This document shows, piece after piece, positions 26,064 to 38,910 of a stretch of 64,000 nucleotides of DNA. A program made the translations under genes and the position numbers. The DNA is taken from contig OZ024763.1 of the NCBI GenBank assembly GCA_964016885.1, forward strand, positions 2,790,001-2,854,000, in the 5' to 3' direction. Origin of the DNA: Eledone cirrhosa. Lineage: Eukaryota. Numbering within the stretch: position 1 is the stretch's first letter; each line of letters starts with the position of its first letter. Below the pieces are notes generated by a model. That model had not been told where the DNA came from and ran no database searches. It worked only from the letters and a program-made list of their open reading frames with translations.

Positions 26064-26129
26064 TATTTTATCTGACGAAGGCATGTCATATTTTTAATAT
26101 GGTATCCCTGAAATATGTATAATGAAATA
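26064..26129 (+). ncRNA. Type I hammerhead motif (H1), right arm of palindrome
   Basis: tattttat CTGACGA aggcatgtcatatt..aatatggtatccct GAAA tatgtata atgaaata. Confidence 0.7.
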
Positions 26130-26191
26130 AATATGGTTTTATAAATATAGTTTCCATTTGTTTAATATCGTATATATATATATATACACAT

Positions 26192-26517
26192 ATACAGGGT
26201 GTCCCCCCAAAACATTTATAGACACTTCAACAGAATTCTAATAAATATTGCCTGTACAGGTGATCAAAGAGTGTATACATTTTGGTGGACACCATATATT
26301 TATAAATATATATATAGGGTGCCCAAAAAATGTTTAGACATTTCAACAGAATTCTAATAAATATTGCCTATACAGGTAAATATATATACATGGGGGGGGG
26401 GGGGGGGGGCACCCTGTATATATAATGATATATATATATACACCGTGTACAGTATATGTATATATATATAAATATATACTGTACAACGTGTGTATACATT
26501 TTGGGGGACACCCTGTA
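26192..26517. mobile_element. Cluster of tiny Tc1-type MITEs (tacagggtgtccc TIR)
   Basis: Same family as 49121-49223, about 58052-58147 and about 59378-59462. Confidence 0.65.
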
Positions 26518-26919
26518 TATTACATAAATAATAATATAACATTTTTTTCGTGTTTTATTCGATGCAAAAACATCTGTAAATATATAAAGAAAAAAACTCA
26601 AAAAAAACTAACAAACGTCTAACTAAAATAAACAGCTAATATAAACAGTGTGTTTTATTATATATTTCTGGCAGTATAACAATATGACCCTCCCCAAGTA
26701 TAACATGACACTCCCTAAGTATAACAATATGACCCTCCCCAAATATAACAATATGACCCTCCCCAAGTATAACAATATGACCCTCCCCAAATATAACAAT
26801 ATGACCCTCCCAAGTATAACAATATGACCCTCCCCAAATATAACAATATGTGTCACTACACATAATTTCATATAAAAAACATTGCAAAATAAAAAATAAA
26901 CAAACAAACAAACAAAAAC

Positions 26920-28078
26920 GACCAATTGACCATCAAGTGTGACAATCGGTTACGCATCATATGACAAGGGTCAACGGAATATTTTGAGGCAAGCCAACAC
27001 ATTGGCAGTATTACCATGGGTGATGGCGATACTCAGGTGCTAAAACAACCAGACACCCTCACCTTCAACAACACCTAACACGTTATTAAGGCCGGGTGAT
27101 GGCGATACTCAGGTGCTAAAACAACCAGACACCCTCACCTTCAACAACACCTAACACGTTATTAAGGCCGGGTGATGGCGATACTAAGGTGCTAAAACAA
27201 CCAGACACCCAACACGTTATTAAGACCGGGTGATGGCGATACTCAGGTGCTAAAACAACCAGACACCCTCACCTTCAACAGCACCTAACACGTTATTAAG
27301 GCCGGGTGATGGCGATACTAAGGTGCTAAAACAACCAGACACCCTCACCTTCAACAACACCTAACACGTTATTAAGGCCGGGTGATGGCGATACTAAGGT
27401 GCTAAAACAACCAGACACCCTCACCTTCAACAGCACCTAACACGTTATTAAGGCCGGGTGATGGCGATACTCAGGTGCTAAAACAACCAGACACCCTCAC
27501 CTTCAACAACACCTAACACGTTATTAAGGCCGGGTGATGGCGATACTAAGGTGCTAAAACAACCAGACACCCTCACCTTCAACAACACCTAACACGTTAT
27601 TAAGGCCGGGTGATGGCGATACTAAGGTGCTAAAACAACCAGACACCCTCACCTTCAACAGCACCTAACACGTTATTAAGGCCGGGTGATGGCGATACTA
27701 AGGTGCTGAAACAACCAGACACCCTCACCTTGAACAACACCTAACACGTTATTAAGGCCGGGTGATGGCGATACTAAGGTGCTAAAACAACCAGACACCC
27801 TCACCTTGAACAACACCTAACACGTTATTAAGGCCGGGTGATGGCGATACTAAGGTGCTGAAACAACCCGGTACCTTCACGGGCATAATCTTACACCTCG
27901 GTAAGGCCAGGTGACGTCGAGGCGAAGGTGCTAAAACAATCAGGCACCCTCACGGGCATCACCTTACACCTTGGTAAGGCGAGCCGCCAACATAAGTTGA
28001 CTTGCCTCAGAACTTTCCGATGACTCTTGTGGTGTGGTGTGTGGCCGATTGACGCACTTAGTGTTAATTGATGGTCGT
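26920..28078. mobile_element. Foldback/TIR element with internal 76-bp minisatellite
   Basis: Imperfect ~80-bp inverted ends (aagtgtgacaatcgg..caagggtcaacggaa..tgaggcaagccaac / gttgacttgcctca..ttccgatgactcttg..ccgattgacgcactt) around about 11 copies of a 76-bp unit (27018-27870). Confidence 0.75.
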
Positions 28079-28714
28079 TTTTTTCGCTTTGATTATATAT
28101 TTTTGTGTATTATATAATAATAATAATAATAATAATTGTGTACAGTGCTCAGGTGCATGTATAGTACATAGAATAATGTACAAATGTCAGGAAAGTGAAC
28201 AGTGTATGAGTCATGATATACACACATATACATGCATGTGTATGGAAGTTTATAGGGTTCCTAACAATAATTAATTGATCATATTGTGAGGGGGTGGAGC
28301 ACCGTAATATTTTAACTGCTTGTTGGCTTCAAAAAGATTTAGTCCAACCCTTGTTACAGCAAGTTAAAATATAATATCTCCGATCAAAACAAAACTTGAT
28401 ACACGGCAAAAAAAAAAAAATGTTATTTGCGTTTTTTTTGTTTACTTAGCAGTGTTTATTAATTTCCCAAGTTCTGGTTTCTAACCCATCCGAGATTAAC
28501 TTTGCTTTCCATCCTTCTGGGGATCTCAATAAAAAATAATATCAAACTATCAGTCAAGTATTAAAGTCGATTTAATCGACTTTCCCTTCTCAAAATTACT
28601 GAGTCGGTGTCTAGTTCTGTCTCTCTGATCTCCGAGTTCAAATCCTACCAAGATCGATATAAAGATTACCAGTCAAGTACTGGGGTCAATCCTTCCTCTA
28701 TATTTCTTTCTCAC

Positions 28715-29107
28715 TTCCTTTCTCTTACTCTCTATCCTTCCTTTCTCTTACTCTCTATCCTTCCTTTCTCTTACTCTCTATCCTTCCTTTCTCTTACTCT
28801 CTATCCTTCCTTTCTCTTACTCTCTATCCTTCCTTTCTCTTACTCTCTATCCTTCCTTTCTCTTACTCTCTATCCTTCCTTTCTCTTACTCTCTATCCTT
28901 CCTTTCTCTTACTCTCTATCCTTCCTTTCTCTTACTCTCTATCCTTCCTTTCTCTTACTCTCTATCCTTCCTTTCTCTTACTGTCTATCCTTCCTTTCTC
29001 TTACTCTCTATCCTTCCTTTCTCTTACTCTCTATCCTTTCTTTCTCTTACTCTCTATCCTTCCTTTCTCTTACTCTCTATCCTTCCTTTCTCTTACTCTC
29101 TATCCTT
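28715..29107. repeat. 23-bp pyrimidine-rich minisatellite (ctttctcttactctctatccttc)
   Basis: About 17 near-identical units. Confidence 0.95.
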
Positions 29108-29265
29108 CTCTGGAAGAAATCTGTTGTATTCAGACCTAGAGATGAGCTCCGCTAGATGTTTTTAATTGCCATAGATACACCATATACCACTAAGGCGTAC
29201 ATACAACTCCCCAAAGGGGTTACGGGACTATACCATACCATTTTTTAAATTATTATTACCTTCCA

Positions 29266-29525
29266 GCGGCGGATTGGCAGTATCGGTAGAGGGTCGGACG
29301 CCATGCTTTGACGCATAGTTACGGCCCTTGCCATTCTGGGTTCAAATCTCGCCAAGGTTAACTTTGCCTTTCATCCTTACGGGGTCGATAAAATAAAGTA
29401 CCAGTAATGTACTGGGGTTATTGCTGGCCTTGTGCTAATAGTAGAAACAATTATGTCGATAAAATAAAGTACCAGTAATACACTGGGTATTTGCTGGCCT
29501 TGTGCCTAACGTAGAAACAATTATT
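29266..29525 (+). mobile_element. SINE A copy with duplicated tail
   Basis: Matches 7783-7975. Confidence 0.85.
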
Positions 29526-29693
29526 AGCTTCCAATATACACTTTTCAGTGTCCATACCAGTAGCGTAGCTAGAGGGGGGCGAGGAGGGTGGTCCGTCCCG
29601 GGCATCACATTTATGGGGTCTGCTGTAAGTTATAAACGTTTTTAATGTTGCAGCATAATATTATAATTGTACAATATATATATATATATATAA

Positions 29694-29878
29694 ATAATTG
29701 TTTCTACTTTAGGCACAAGGCCAGCAATTACCCAGTGCATTACTGGTACTTTATTTTATCGACCCCGTAAGGATGAAAGGCAAAGTCAACCTCGGCGGGA
29801 TTTGAACTCAGATCGTAAAGGGACGTAACAATGCTGGAAAGCATGGCGTCCGACCCTCTACCTATACTGCCAATCCAC
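29694..29878 (-). mobile_element. SINE A copy
   Basis: Near-identical reverse complement of 7783-7975. Confidence 0.85.
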
Positions 29879-30404
29879 AATGCGATGAAATACCAATGAT
29901 CGTTGGCAAATCACTGATGAGGGACTCATTTTATAACATACAATCCATGTGCAACCATGCAGTATTCTTCTCCCCATTTTTTTCATATATAAATACATAC
30001 ATATATAATAAAGAAGGTGTGGTAAGAAACCAGGTGGACCATAACGCACCAGAGTACTCGATACTTAGGGTAGCAGAGTGGGTAATATGAAAAGATTCTG
30101 GACCCCAACGGATCTAGCTGTCGAAACGGCCCGAGCTCAGACGTCGGGGGTCCAGAATCTTTTCATATATATATATATATATATTAAAATAACAGATTAA
30201 AGTTTAAGCAAAGAATCGCTGCTTTCACCCTTATATATTTGATATATATTTATCCTGATCGGGCCCTCTTTGGATTTTAGTCTTCAAATGTATTATTATT
30301 ACTATATATATATATATATATATATATATGAGTCCCAGGTTCAATCGGGGGTAACCACAGTAAGTGAAGTAGAGTATATACAACATTTATATAGAAATGG
30401 CTTC

Positions 30405-30795
30405 TCAGGACTAGAACTGTCATGGGTGAAGGGGAGGCAAGTAAGGAATGGCGGGTAGTCTTCCTCGGGTTACGACAAAGGATCGGACTACTGTCTGTCA
30501 TGGGTGAAGGGGAGGCAAGTAAGGAATGGCGGGTAGTCTTCCTCGGGTTACGACAAAGGATCGGACTACTGTCTGTCATGGGTGAAGGGGAGGCAAGTAA
30601 GGAATGGCGGGTAGTCTTCCTCGGGTTACGACAAAGGATCGGACTACTGTCTGTCATGGGTGAAGGCGAGGCAAGTAAGGAATGGCGGGTAGTCTTCCTC
30701 GGGTTACGACAAAGGATCGGACTACTGTCTGTCATGGGTGAAGGCGAGGCAAGTAAGGAATGGCGGGTAGTCTTCCTCGGGTTACGACAAAGGAA
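30405..30795. repeat. 78-bp GC-richer minisatellite
   Basis: About 5 almost identical units. Confidence 0.95.
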
Positions 30796-31785
30796 ATTTG
30801 TCTTTACACCGGTTGGACGGGGGGGGGGCACGAAAGGAAAGGGCTTGTAAAAAAGGACAGTGAAGAGGTGGGAGGAACTTTAGTCGATGTATTTATCCAG
30901 GGCCCGCAGAACCAAACACAGTCCCATGAATGTTCTCAGACTTACCACTACTTATTGATAAGAGGTAAAGTTACCCTCGGCATGATTTGAACTCAGGACG
31001 TAAACGGACGTAACTCTGTGCCACAAAACATATTGTCCGACGCTCTACCGATTACTGCCAATCCACCTCATTTAGTCTATATAATTGTTTCTACTTTTGG
31101 CACAAGGCCAGCATTACTGGTACTTTATTTTATCGACCCTGTAAGGATGAAAGGCAAAGTTAACCTCGGTGGGATTTAAACTCAGACCGTAAAGGGCCTT
31201 AACTCTATGCTGCAAAGCATGGAGTTCGACCCTCTACAATAGAATGAGTATTTAGTTCCATTTGTCTAATAACGTACAGCTCGTCAACATTCATTGTCAA
31301 AAATCGTGTAAAAGAAACGATGGTTAAAGGGAAGTAACAATAAGACTAGTGCAAACTTTGTTTTACAGAGTAGCTTCCCTTGAAAAAAATGACGTCTGCA
31401 TATTAGAGTAAAAATTGAACATTTTCTCATTAACAAATGTAATTAATACACAATAATCAACGATAAATAATTCTTAATTAATTAACTTTTTAAGAACAAT
31501 AATTCTTTCGTTTGATAATAACAAAATAAATAATATATTATTGGAAGTATCTTTTGAATAATGGCTTGCTGAACGAAGGGGTAGTGTCGTTGGCAAGCTG
31601 GATTTCAACGTCGATTCAAGCTTTAAATATATAATTTTATTTTACAAATGTAATCATAAAAATAGTGTTTATTACAATATAGAAGCTTAAGAGAACAGTT
31701 AAAATATTGTATCATTATTTCATTAATATAATTAGGAGAAAGATGCAAGCTGAGAGATGGAGAAATAGACAGACAGATAGATATG

Positions 31786-32647
31786 TTTCTTTATTAGCCA
31801 CAGGGGCACAAAAGAAGGGGACAAATACAAAGGGGGAAGTTTACATACAATAAAAACGTGTAAAATGTTATCACAAATGCAATTTAAAAAATTAGTCGAT
31901 TTTCCCCAATAGGGGGAGACAGTTTATATGGGTAACACATACCCCCGAAAAAATGTGAAACCCTCATCTCCAGGAGTACGAAGAGTTTGTACTCCTTTCC
32001 TCTCCTCCTCCTTTTCCTCAAACTACAGGCTGATATAGAGAGAAGGCCCATTCACTCAGGCCATTCTCGCCACTTTCACCCACCTTTCATAAAACTTGCT
32101 GGGGTACAGCACCTCTCTCTCCATCCTGATTCTTCTTCCAAAGTGGTATTTGAAAAAAAGAATCAGTTGTTGGCCGGAGAGAAAGGTGTCTGACCTCAGC
32201 CCTTTCAACCTTGTCCACCATACAACCTCTTTAGCCATAGCTATCACACAAAGGAAAACCGCCTCTCCTTCGTTTTTGAAGGAGGGTGGCGGTTTGATCA
32301 TGACAATGGACTCGGTGGTCAACCGGATTGGTCCCACCCGTGACAATAGTCGTTGTACATAGCTCCACAGGTCAGTGACGCCCGGGCAGTGTATGAATGC
32401 GTGCGCGACGGTTTCTTCGTTACACACGCACCTCGGACAGATCTTTTTTGCAGGGTCCCTGCCCGGGCGCCCATGTCTGTCGAGCTTGTCTCGAACTGGT
32501 AGAGCTCCTCGGTAGCACTGTCAGGCCAGGGACTTTTGGAAGTTGTCCATCGGTCCCGGGCGGAAGGTCCTACCGAACAGACTGGCCAGTTCATCTTCCT
32601 CTACGCCTAGAGTTTCACCGAGCGCGTTGTCGCACTTGCTGTGATGG
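31786..32647 (-). mobile_element. Tx1-like LINE, 5'-truncated
   Basis: CPRCVCNEETVAHAFIHC CCHC knuckle and C-terminal ERW motif, 3' UTR with AATAAA. Flanked by (GACA/GATA)n. Confidence 0.85.
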
Positions 32648-32676
32648 CTAGACAGACAGACAGACAGATAGATATA

Positions 32677-33149
32677 TTTCTTTATTAGCCACAGGGGCAC
32701 AAAAGAAGGGGACAAATACAAAGGGGGAAGTTTACATACAATAAAAACGTGTAAAATGTTATCACAGATGGAATTTAAAAGTTAGTCGATTTTCCCCAAT
32801 AGAGGGAGACAGTTTATATGGGTAACACATACCCCCGAAAAAAAATGTGCAACCCTCATCTCCAGGAGTACGAAGAGCTTGTACTCCTTTCCTCTCCTCC
32901 TCCTTTTCCTCAACCTACAGGCTGATATAGAGAGAAGGCCCATTCACTCGGGCCATTCTCGCCACTTTCACCCACCTTTCATAAAACTTGCTGGGGTACA
33001 GCACCTCTCTCTCCATCCTGATTCTTCTTCCAAAGTGGTATTTGAAAAAAAGAATCAGTTGTTGGCCGGAGAGAAAGGTGTCTGACCTCAGCCCTTTCAA
33101 CCTTGTCCACCATACAACCTCTTTCGCCATAGCTATCACACAAAGGAAA
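32677..33149 (-). mobile_element. Second, shorter copy of the same Tx1-like LINE
   Basis: Highly similar to 31786-32258. Flanked by (GACA/GATA)n. Confidence 0.85.
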
Positions 33150-33419
33150 TACAGACAGATAGATAGATAGATAGATAGACATGTAGACAGACATATAAAT
33201 ACATAGATAGATAGTGTGAGAAAACTGGAAGAAGGTGGGGGAAAAGAGAAATACTCAATGCAAGCATGGAAAATAAATGGTAAACGGTGATGATGACGAT
33301 ATTATTATTATTATAGGGATTCTTTACCTAATAACTCCTCTTAACCCTTTTGTAACCAGCCAGGCCAAAACCCTGTTGTGGTTCTATGAAATTTAAAGGT
33401 TTCCAATTTAATAAAATCT

Positions 33420-33985
33420 CTTCTTCTTCACCCACTTATTCCTGAGAGGGTCGTGAGGGAAGGGTCCTCAAACACTTCCTTCCAGCAGGTCCTATCAAAA
33501 GCAACCGTCTCCAACTGATCTAGCTGGATCCCCAAGCATGACCAACCAAGATCATGGATGTTATCCTACCCTCTTTGCTCGAGGTCAACTCCTGGGTCTC
33601 CTACCAGTTGGTTTTGCCTGTAAAATCTGTCCTGTGATTCTTTCCTGAGACATTCTAACCACATGTCCATAGTATCGGAGCTGTGATCTCTCAATTCAGA
33701 GAAGTAGCGACTCTACCTGGAGTGACTCTCTAATCTCTGGGCTACAAATCTGTCCAGCGATTCTTTCCTGAGACATTCTAACCGCATGTCCATAGTATCA
33801 GAGCTGTGATCGTTCAATTTGGAGAAGTCGCGGCTCTACCTGGAGTGACTCTTTGATCTCCAAGTTACACACTTTATCAAGTAACGTTAGTCTAAAGACC
33901 CTTCAGAGGAATCGCATTTCGGCCGCTTGTATTCGTAATCGGATTCTTTCGGTCATTAACCAAAATTCATGACCATAGGTGGGCA
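33420..33985 (-). mobile_element. RTE-clade LINE 3' fragment (decayed)
   Basis: Minus translation PTYGHEFW...IQAAEMRFL*R...IERSQLRYYGHVVRM with a ~120-bp internal duplication. The same 3' end occurs at about 15690-15860. Confidence 0.8.
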
Positions 33986-34027
33986 CGAAAAATGAATTGA
34001 AAATAACAAGTTTGGCTTTTAAAATAA

Positions 34028-34457
34028 TAATGAAATTATTGTGCACAGTGCTCAGGTGCACTACAACTCATCAAAGGTGCATGTATAGTACATAGAATAA
34101 TGTACAAATGTCAGGAAAATGAACAGTGTATGAGTCATGATATACACACACACATACATACACACGTGTGTGTGTATGGAGGGGGAATATCAGGTGTAGT
34201 GTTGGCGAATTTCAGGAAGCATGGAGGTTTTAAAGGATGCAGTGTCTCGACAGCTAACAACTGATGCAGGTAGTTTTTTTCCATGCTTCAGCAACTCTGA
34301 GCGTGAAAAAAATGCTTCCTAAAGTCATTGGAGCTGTGCTGTTTTCTGACTTTGTAGGCATGTCCACGTGTGTTAGACACATGGAAATCAAAAAGGTACT
34401 CAGGGTTGTTGTTGGCAAGATGGTTAATAATTTTGTGGGTGTTTACCAAGTCAGTTC
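34028..34457 (-). mobile_element. CR1-like LINE 3' fragment
   Basis: Homologous to 5785-6150. Confidence 0.85.
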
Positions 34458-36221
34458 CCTTATGATTACATAATTAATTAAAATACAATGTATTCCCAAG
34501 GAATATTGTCACAAAAGGGTTAAATTGAACTCTTCCAACCTAATTTTATAGAAGAAACATTTTAAATTCCTATCTTAGTAATGAAATAATTAATAATTTA
34601 AGTAGATCACTTAAAATTCTTCATTAATTAATTGGAATAGTATATTTCATTAGGAATATAGAATGAAAGGGTTGAATTGAAATCTTCCAACACAATTTTA
34701 TATAAGAACCATATGTTAAGTTACTATCTTAGTAATGAAATAATTAATTATTTAAGTAAATTCCTCAAAATTCTTCATTCATTAATTAAAATAGTGTTCT
34801 TATTTAAACTGAAATCTTCCACCATAATTTTATATAAGAACCATATGTTAAGTTACTATCTTAGTAATGAAATAATTAATAATTTAAATAGATCACTCAA
34901 AAATTCTTCATTAATTAAATGAAATACAGTGCATATGTCATTAGAAATATAGTCACGAAAGGGTTAAATTAAGATCTTCCAGCCTAATTTTATAGAAGAA
35001 CCTTATTTTAAAGTTACTATCTTAGTAATGAAATAATTAAAATATTTTCATAAATCCTTTGAAATTCTTCATTACTTAATTGAAATAGAGTGTATTTCAT
35101 TAGAAATATGGTTGTATAATTAATAATCACTCCAAATTGTTCAATAATTAATTGAAACAGTGTATTTTATTAGAAATGCAGTCATGAAAGGGTTAAACTG
35201 ATTCAACAGCAAAAGAGAAATTATTTATATCCTACTCTCTTTAAGTATTGAGTACTAAATTGACTGTTGGTCTTAACTGGTCTATCTTATGTTTATATAT
35301 ATATCATCATCATCATCATTATCATTTTACGTCCACTTTTCCCTGCTTGCAAGGGTGGGACGGATACTGATTCTGGCTAGATTTCTACAGCTGGATGCCC
35401 TTCCTAACACTAACCTCATTTACAGTGAGTGCTGGGTGCTTTTTTTCCGTGGTGCCTACACGTCCACTTTACAGTGTGGGCTGGGTGCTTTTTTTTTGCT
35501 GTGACACCTCCACAACCACTTTGCAGATCAGTATACTGGAGCAACATGAAATGAAGTGTTTTGCTCAAGAACACAACACACAAACCACGACATTATAGAA
35601 TTTCATCAGTAATATTTAGAACATAAATTACCATATATATTCAAATATACTATCGAGACACTGCATCCTTTAAAACCTCCATGGAACAAACTACCTGCAT
35701 CAGTTGTTAGCTGTCGAGACACTGCATCCTTTAAAATCTCCATGCTTCATGAGATTTGCCAACAATTCACCTAATATTCCCCCTCCATAAACATGCACAC
35801 ATGTATTTCATGACTCGTACACTGTTCACTTTCCTGACATTTGAACATTATTCTATGTACTATACATCCACCTTTGATGAGTTATAGTGCACCTGAGCAC
35901 ACTGTACACAATAATTTCATTATTTCATTATTATAAACCGAGGAATATGTGACCAAAAAATTGATAGAAGGGGTTGGTTTATATTCAGGGCCAATATTTT
36001 GATGATTTTCACCAACTTCAAATTCCATGTAAATAAAATTGAGATTTTTAACCATTTCTCAGACATTAAATAGTGGGGTTCGCTTATATTTGTGTATATA
36101 CAGTAGATTGTGGTGTATATATATATTGTATATGTTGTTAGAGAGGGAAATTGCCTTACTCATACAGAACTAATTTTGGCTTCGTAACTACAGCTGGATG
36201 CTCTTCCTAATGCTAACATTA

Positions 36222-36732
36222 TATCTACCATACTCTGAGCGCCTTGCTTCCCTGGGCATGGATACATTGAAGCTCCGACACCTGGCAACTGACTTGGTAA
36301 ACACCCACAAAATTGTTAACCATGTTGCCAACAACAACCCTGAGTACCTTTTTGATTTCCATGTGTCTAACACACGTGGACATGCCCACAAAGTAAGAAA
36401 ACAGCACAGTTCCCATGACTTTCGGAAACATTTTTTCACGCTCAGAGTTGCTGAAGCATGGAACAAACTACCTCCTGCATCAGTTGTTAGCTGTCGAGAC
36501 ACTGCATCCTTTAAGGCCTCCATGGAACAAACTACCTGCATCAGTTGTTAGCTGTCGAGACACTGCATCCTTTAAAACCTCCATGCTTCCCAAGATCCGC
36601 CAACACTACAGCTAACACATACACACATGTACTTTCCTGACATTTGTGTATTATTCTATGTACTATACATACACCTTTGACGAGTTGTAGTGCACCTGAG
36701 CACTTTACACAATAATTTCATTATTATTATTA
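36222..36732 (+). mobile_element. CR1-like LINE 3' fragment
   Basis: LPYSERLASLGMDTLKLRHLATDL...WNKLP, with one extra 61-bp unit. Confidence 0.9.
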
Positions 36733-38372
36733 TATATGCATGGGTCGAGAGACAAGCCCGGATTGGCCAGGCTGTACCTTGCTCCAACGGGACTGTAAAT
36801 TTGGCCAGGGATTTTACAGCTGGATGCCCTTCCTAACACCAATCACTAACATTTATATATATATGCGTGTATAATTTTTTTAGGATTTAGTGGAAAAGAA
36901 TAAAAACTAATATTAAAATTAAAATATATTTTTAAAAAAATAGACCCGACTGAGTGTGTGGCCCTAAACTATAGTTTATTTGGCTTATAGGTACGCCCAG
37001 CACTGTATAGCTGGCTACCCTTCCTGGCATCACACATAGGGGTACGAAGTACATATTCTAAACTGTATATACAATGTGACAATATCATCATTAGCATCAT
37101 CGATTAACATCTATCTTCTACGCTAGCATGGGTTAGACAGGAATTGTCCCACTTGAGGCAAGATTGGTCGGGTGACCGTGTCTCACTTGTATAGAACTGT
37201 ATCTGGCAGGTTTACTATGGCTGGATGCCCTTCCTAACACCAACAACATTTGCAGTGTGGACTGGGAGCTTTTTACCGTGTTACCTACACGACCACCCTA
37301 CAGTGTGGACTGGATGTTTTTTTGTCGTGACACCTACACGACCTCATTAGTTTGGACTGGATGTTGTGGTACCAACATAACTTTATAGAGAAAGGGTGGT
37401 GTTGGTGGGAGTAGAGGTAGTGGGTTGGGGTGTATATTTGGTTAAGAGGTGCCTACTGACTGTATGTTAACTTTGTATGTAGGGAAGGTGGGTCTTCTGT
37501 ATTATTACGTGGCACCAAAGATCTCGGTCCAGTGACATTGTCTTAGAGGTAAGGGTGCAAGGTCAGACTTTATCATTTTGTCCCAGGTTTTTCTGGGTCT
37601 ATCTACTCCGTAACTTCCATCAATTTTTATCACCCTGCACTTTTTTATACAGCTGTCATCTTTCATGCGTATCACATGACCATATCAATGTAATCTACTC
37701 TGAAGTAAACAGCATCTGATCCCAGCATTAAACAGCATTATGACAATATATAAACAGGATTCACAAACACATTCAAATATGATTAGACAATACTACACAG
37801 AGATTTGATTGGTTGCAGAAAATAAAATGTTAGGAATCACACCACACATTCATTTATTCAATTATCATTAAAAAAAAAACATGTAAAAACGTTGGGTGTT
37901 TTCATATCTACGATATAATATGTAGAGAACGTGTGTAAAAAAGAGGGATGGTTATTGTTAATAAGGTTTTAGTGTTTATAAATGAATGAAAGAATGTCAT
38001 TTTTGATTATATGACCATCTTTGAGGCTATGGTATATCAATTATACAGGATATACAATATGTTAGTTTTGCAAGTTGGAAATTCTTCAATAAATAGTGGA
38101 GGCGGAGAGGGAGGGAGATATGTGTGGTGGAGGAGGGGAGATATGTGGTGGTGGTGGTGGGTAACTCTGTTACGATTTAATATATATATACACATACACC
38201 CACCACCAACCAGTCTGTCAGATATATGTAGATTGACAGTAAGAGGGTAAAATGATGAGATTTGATACAGATTGAGATCAGATAAAATATATACAAAAAT
38301 ATAGTCTTAACTCCTCACAGGAAATATTAGATAGAACTACACCTACTGGTACCACCCACACATGTTTATATA

Positions 38373-38422
<50 letters not shown>

Positions 38423-38466
38423 TGTTTGAATATATATATATATATATACATATATATATACACGTT

Positions 38467-38506
<40 letters not shown>

Positions 38507-38910
38507 TGTAATAAACAACATAAGATAATTATTTCATTTACCAGTGGTTTCTTGAAAGCAAACAAATTTGCTTTCAGTCATCAGAATGGAAAAAATCCTG
38601 GTGTTTTTATTGAATGTGGATTTGAAAAACCTATATATATATATATATATATATACAAATATAACAGAGGTGTGGTAAGGAACCAGGTGGACCATAACGC
38701 ACCAGAGTACTCAATACTTAGCGTAGTAGAGAGGGTAATAGGAAAATGTTTAACCCCGACGGCAGAGCTCAAGCCGTTTCGACGGCTATTTCAGTCCAGA
38801 AATAGCCGTCGAAATATATATATATATAATATGGAGAGAGGAAGTGAGAAGAGATATAGAAGAAGGATTGACCCCAGTACTAGACTGGTATTGTATATAT
38901 ATATATATAT

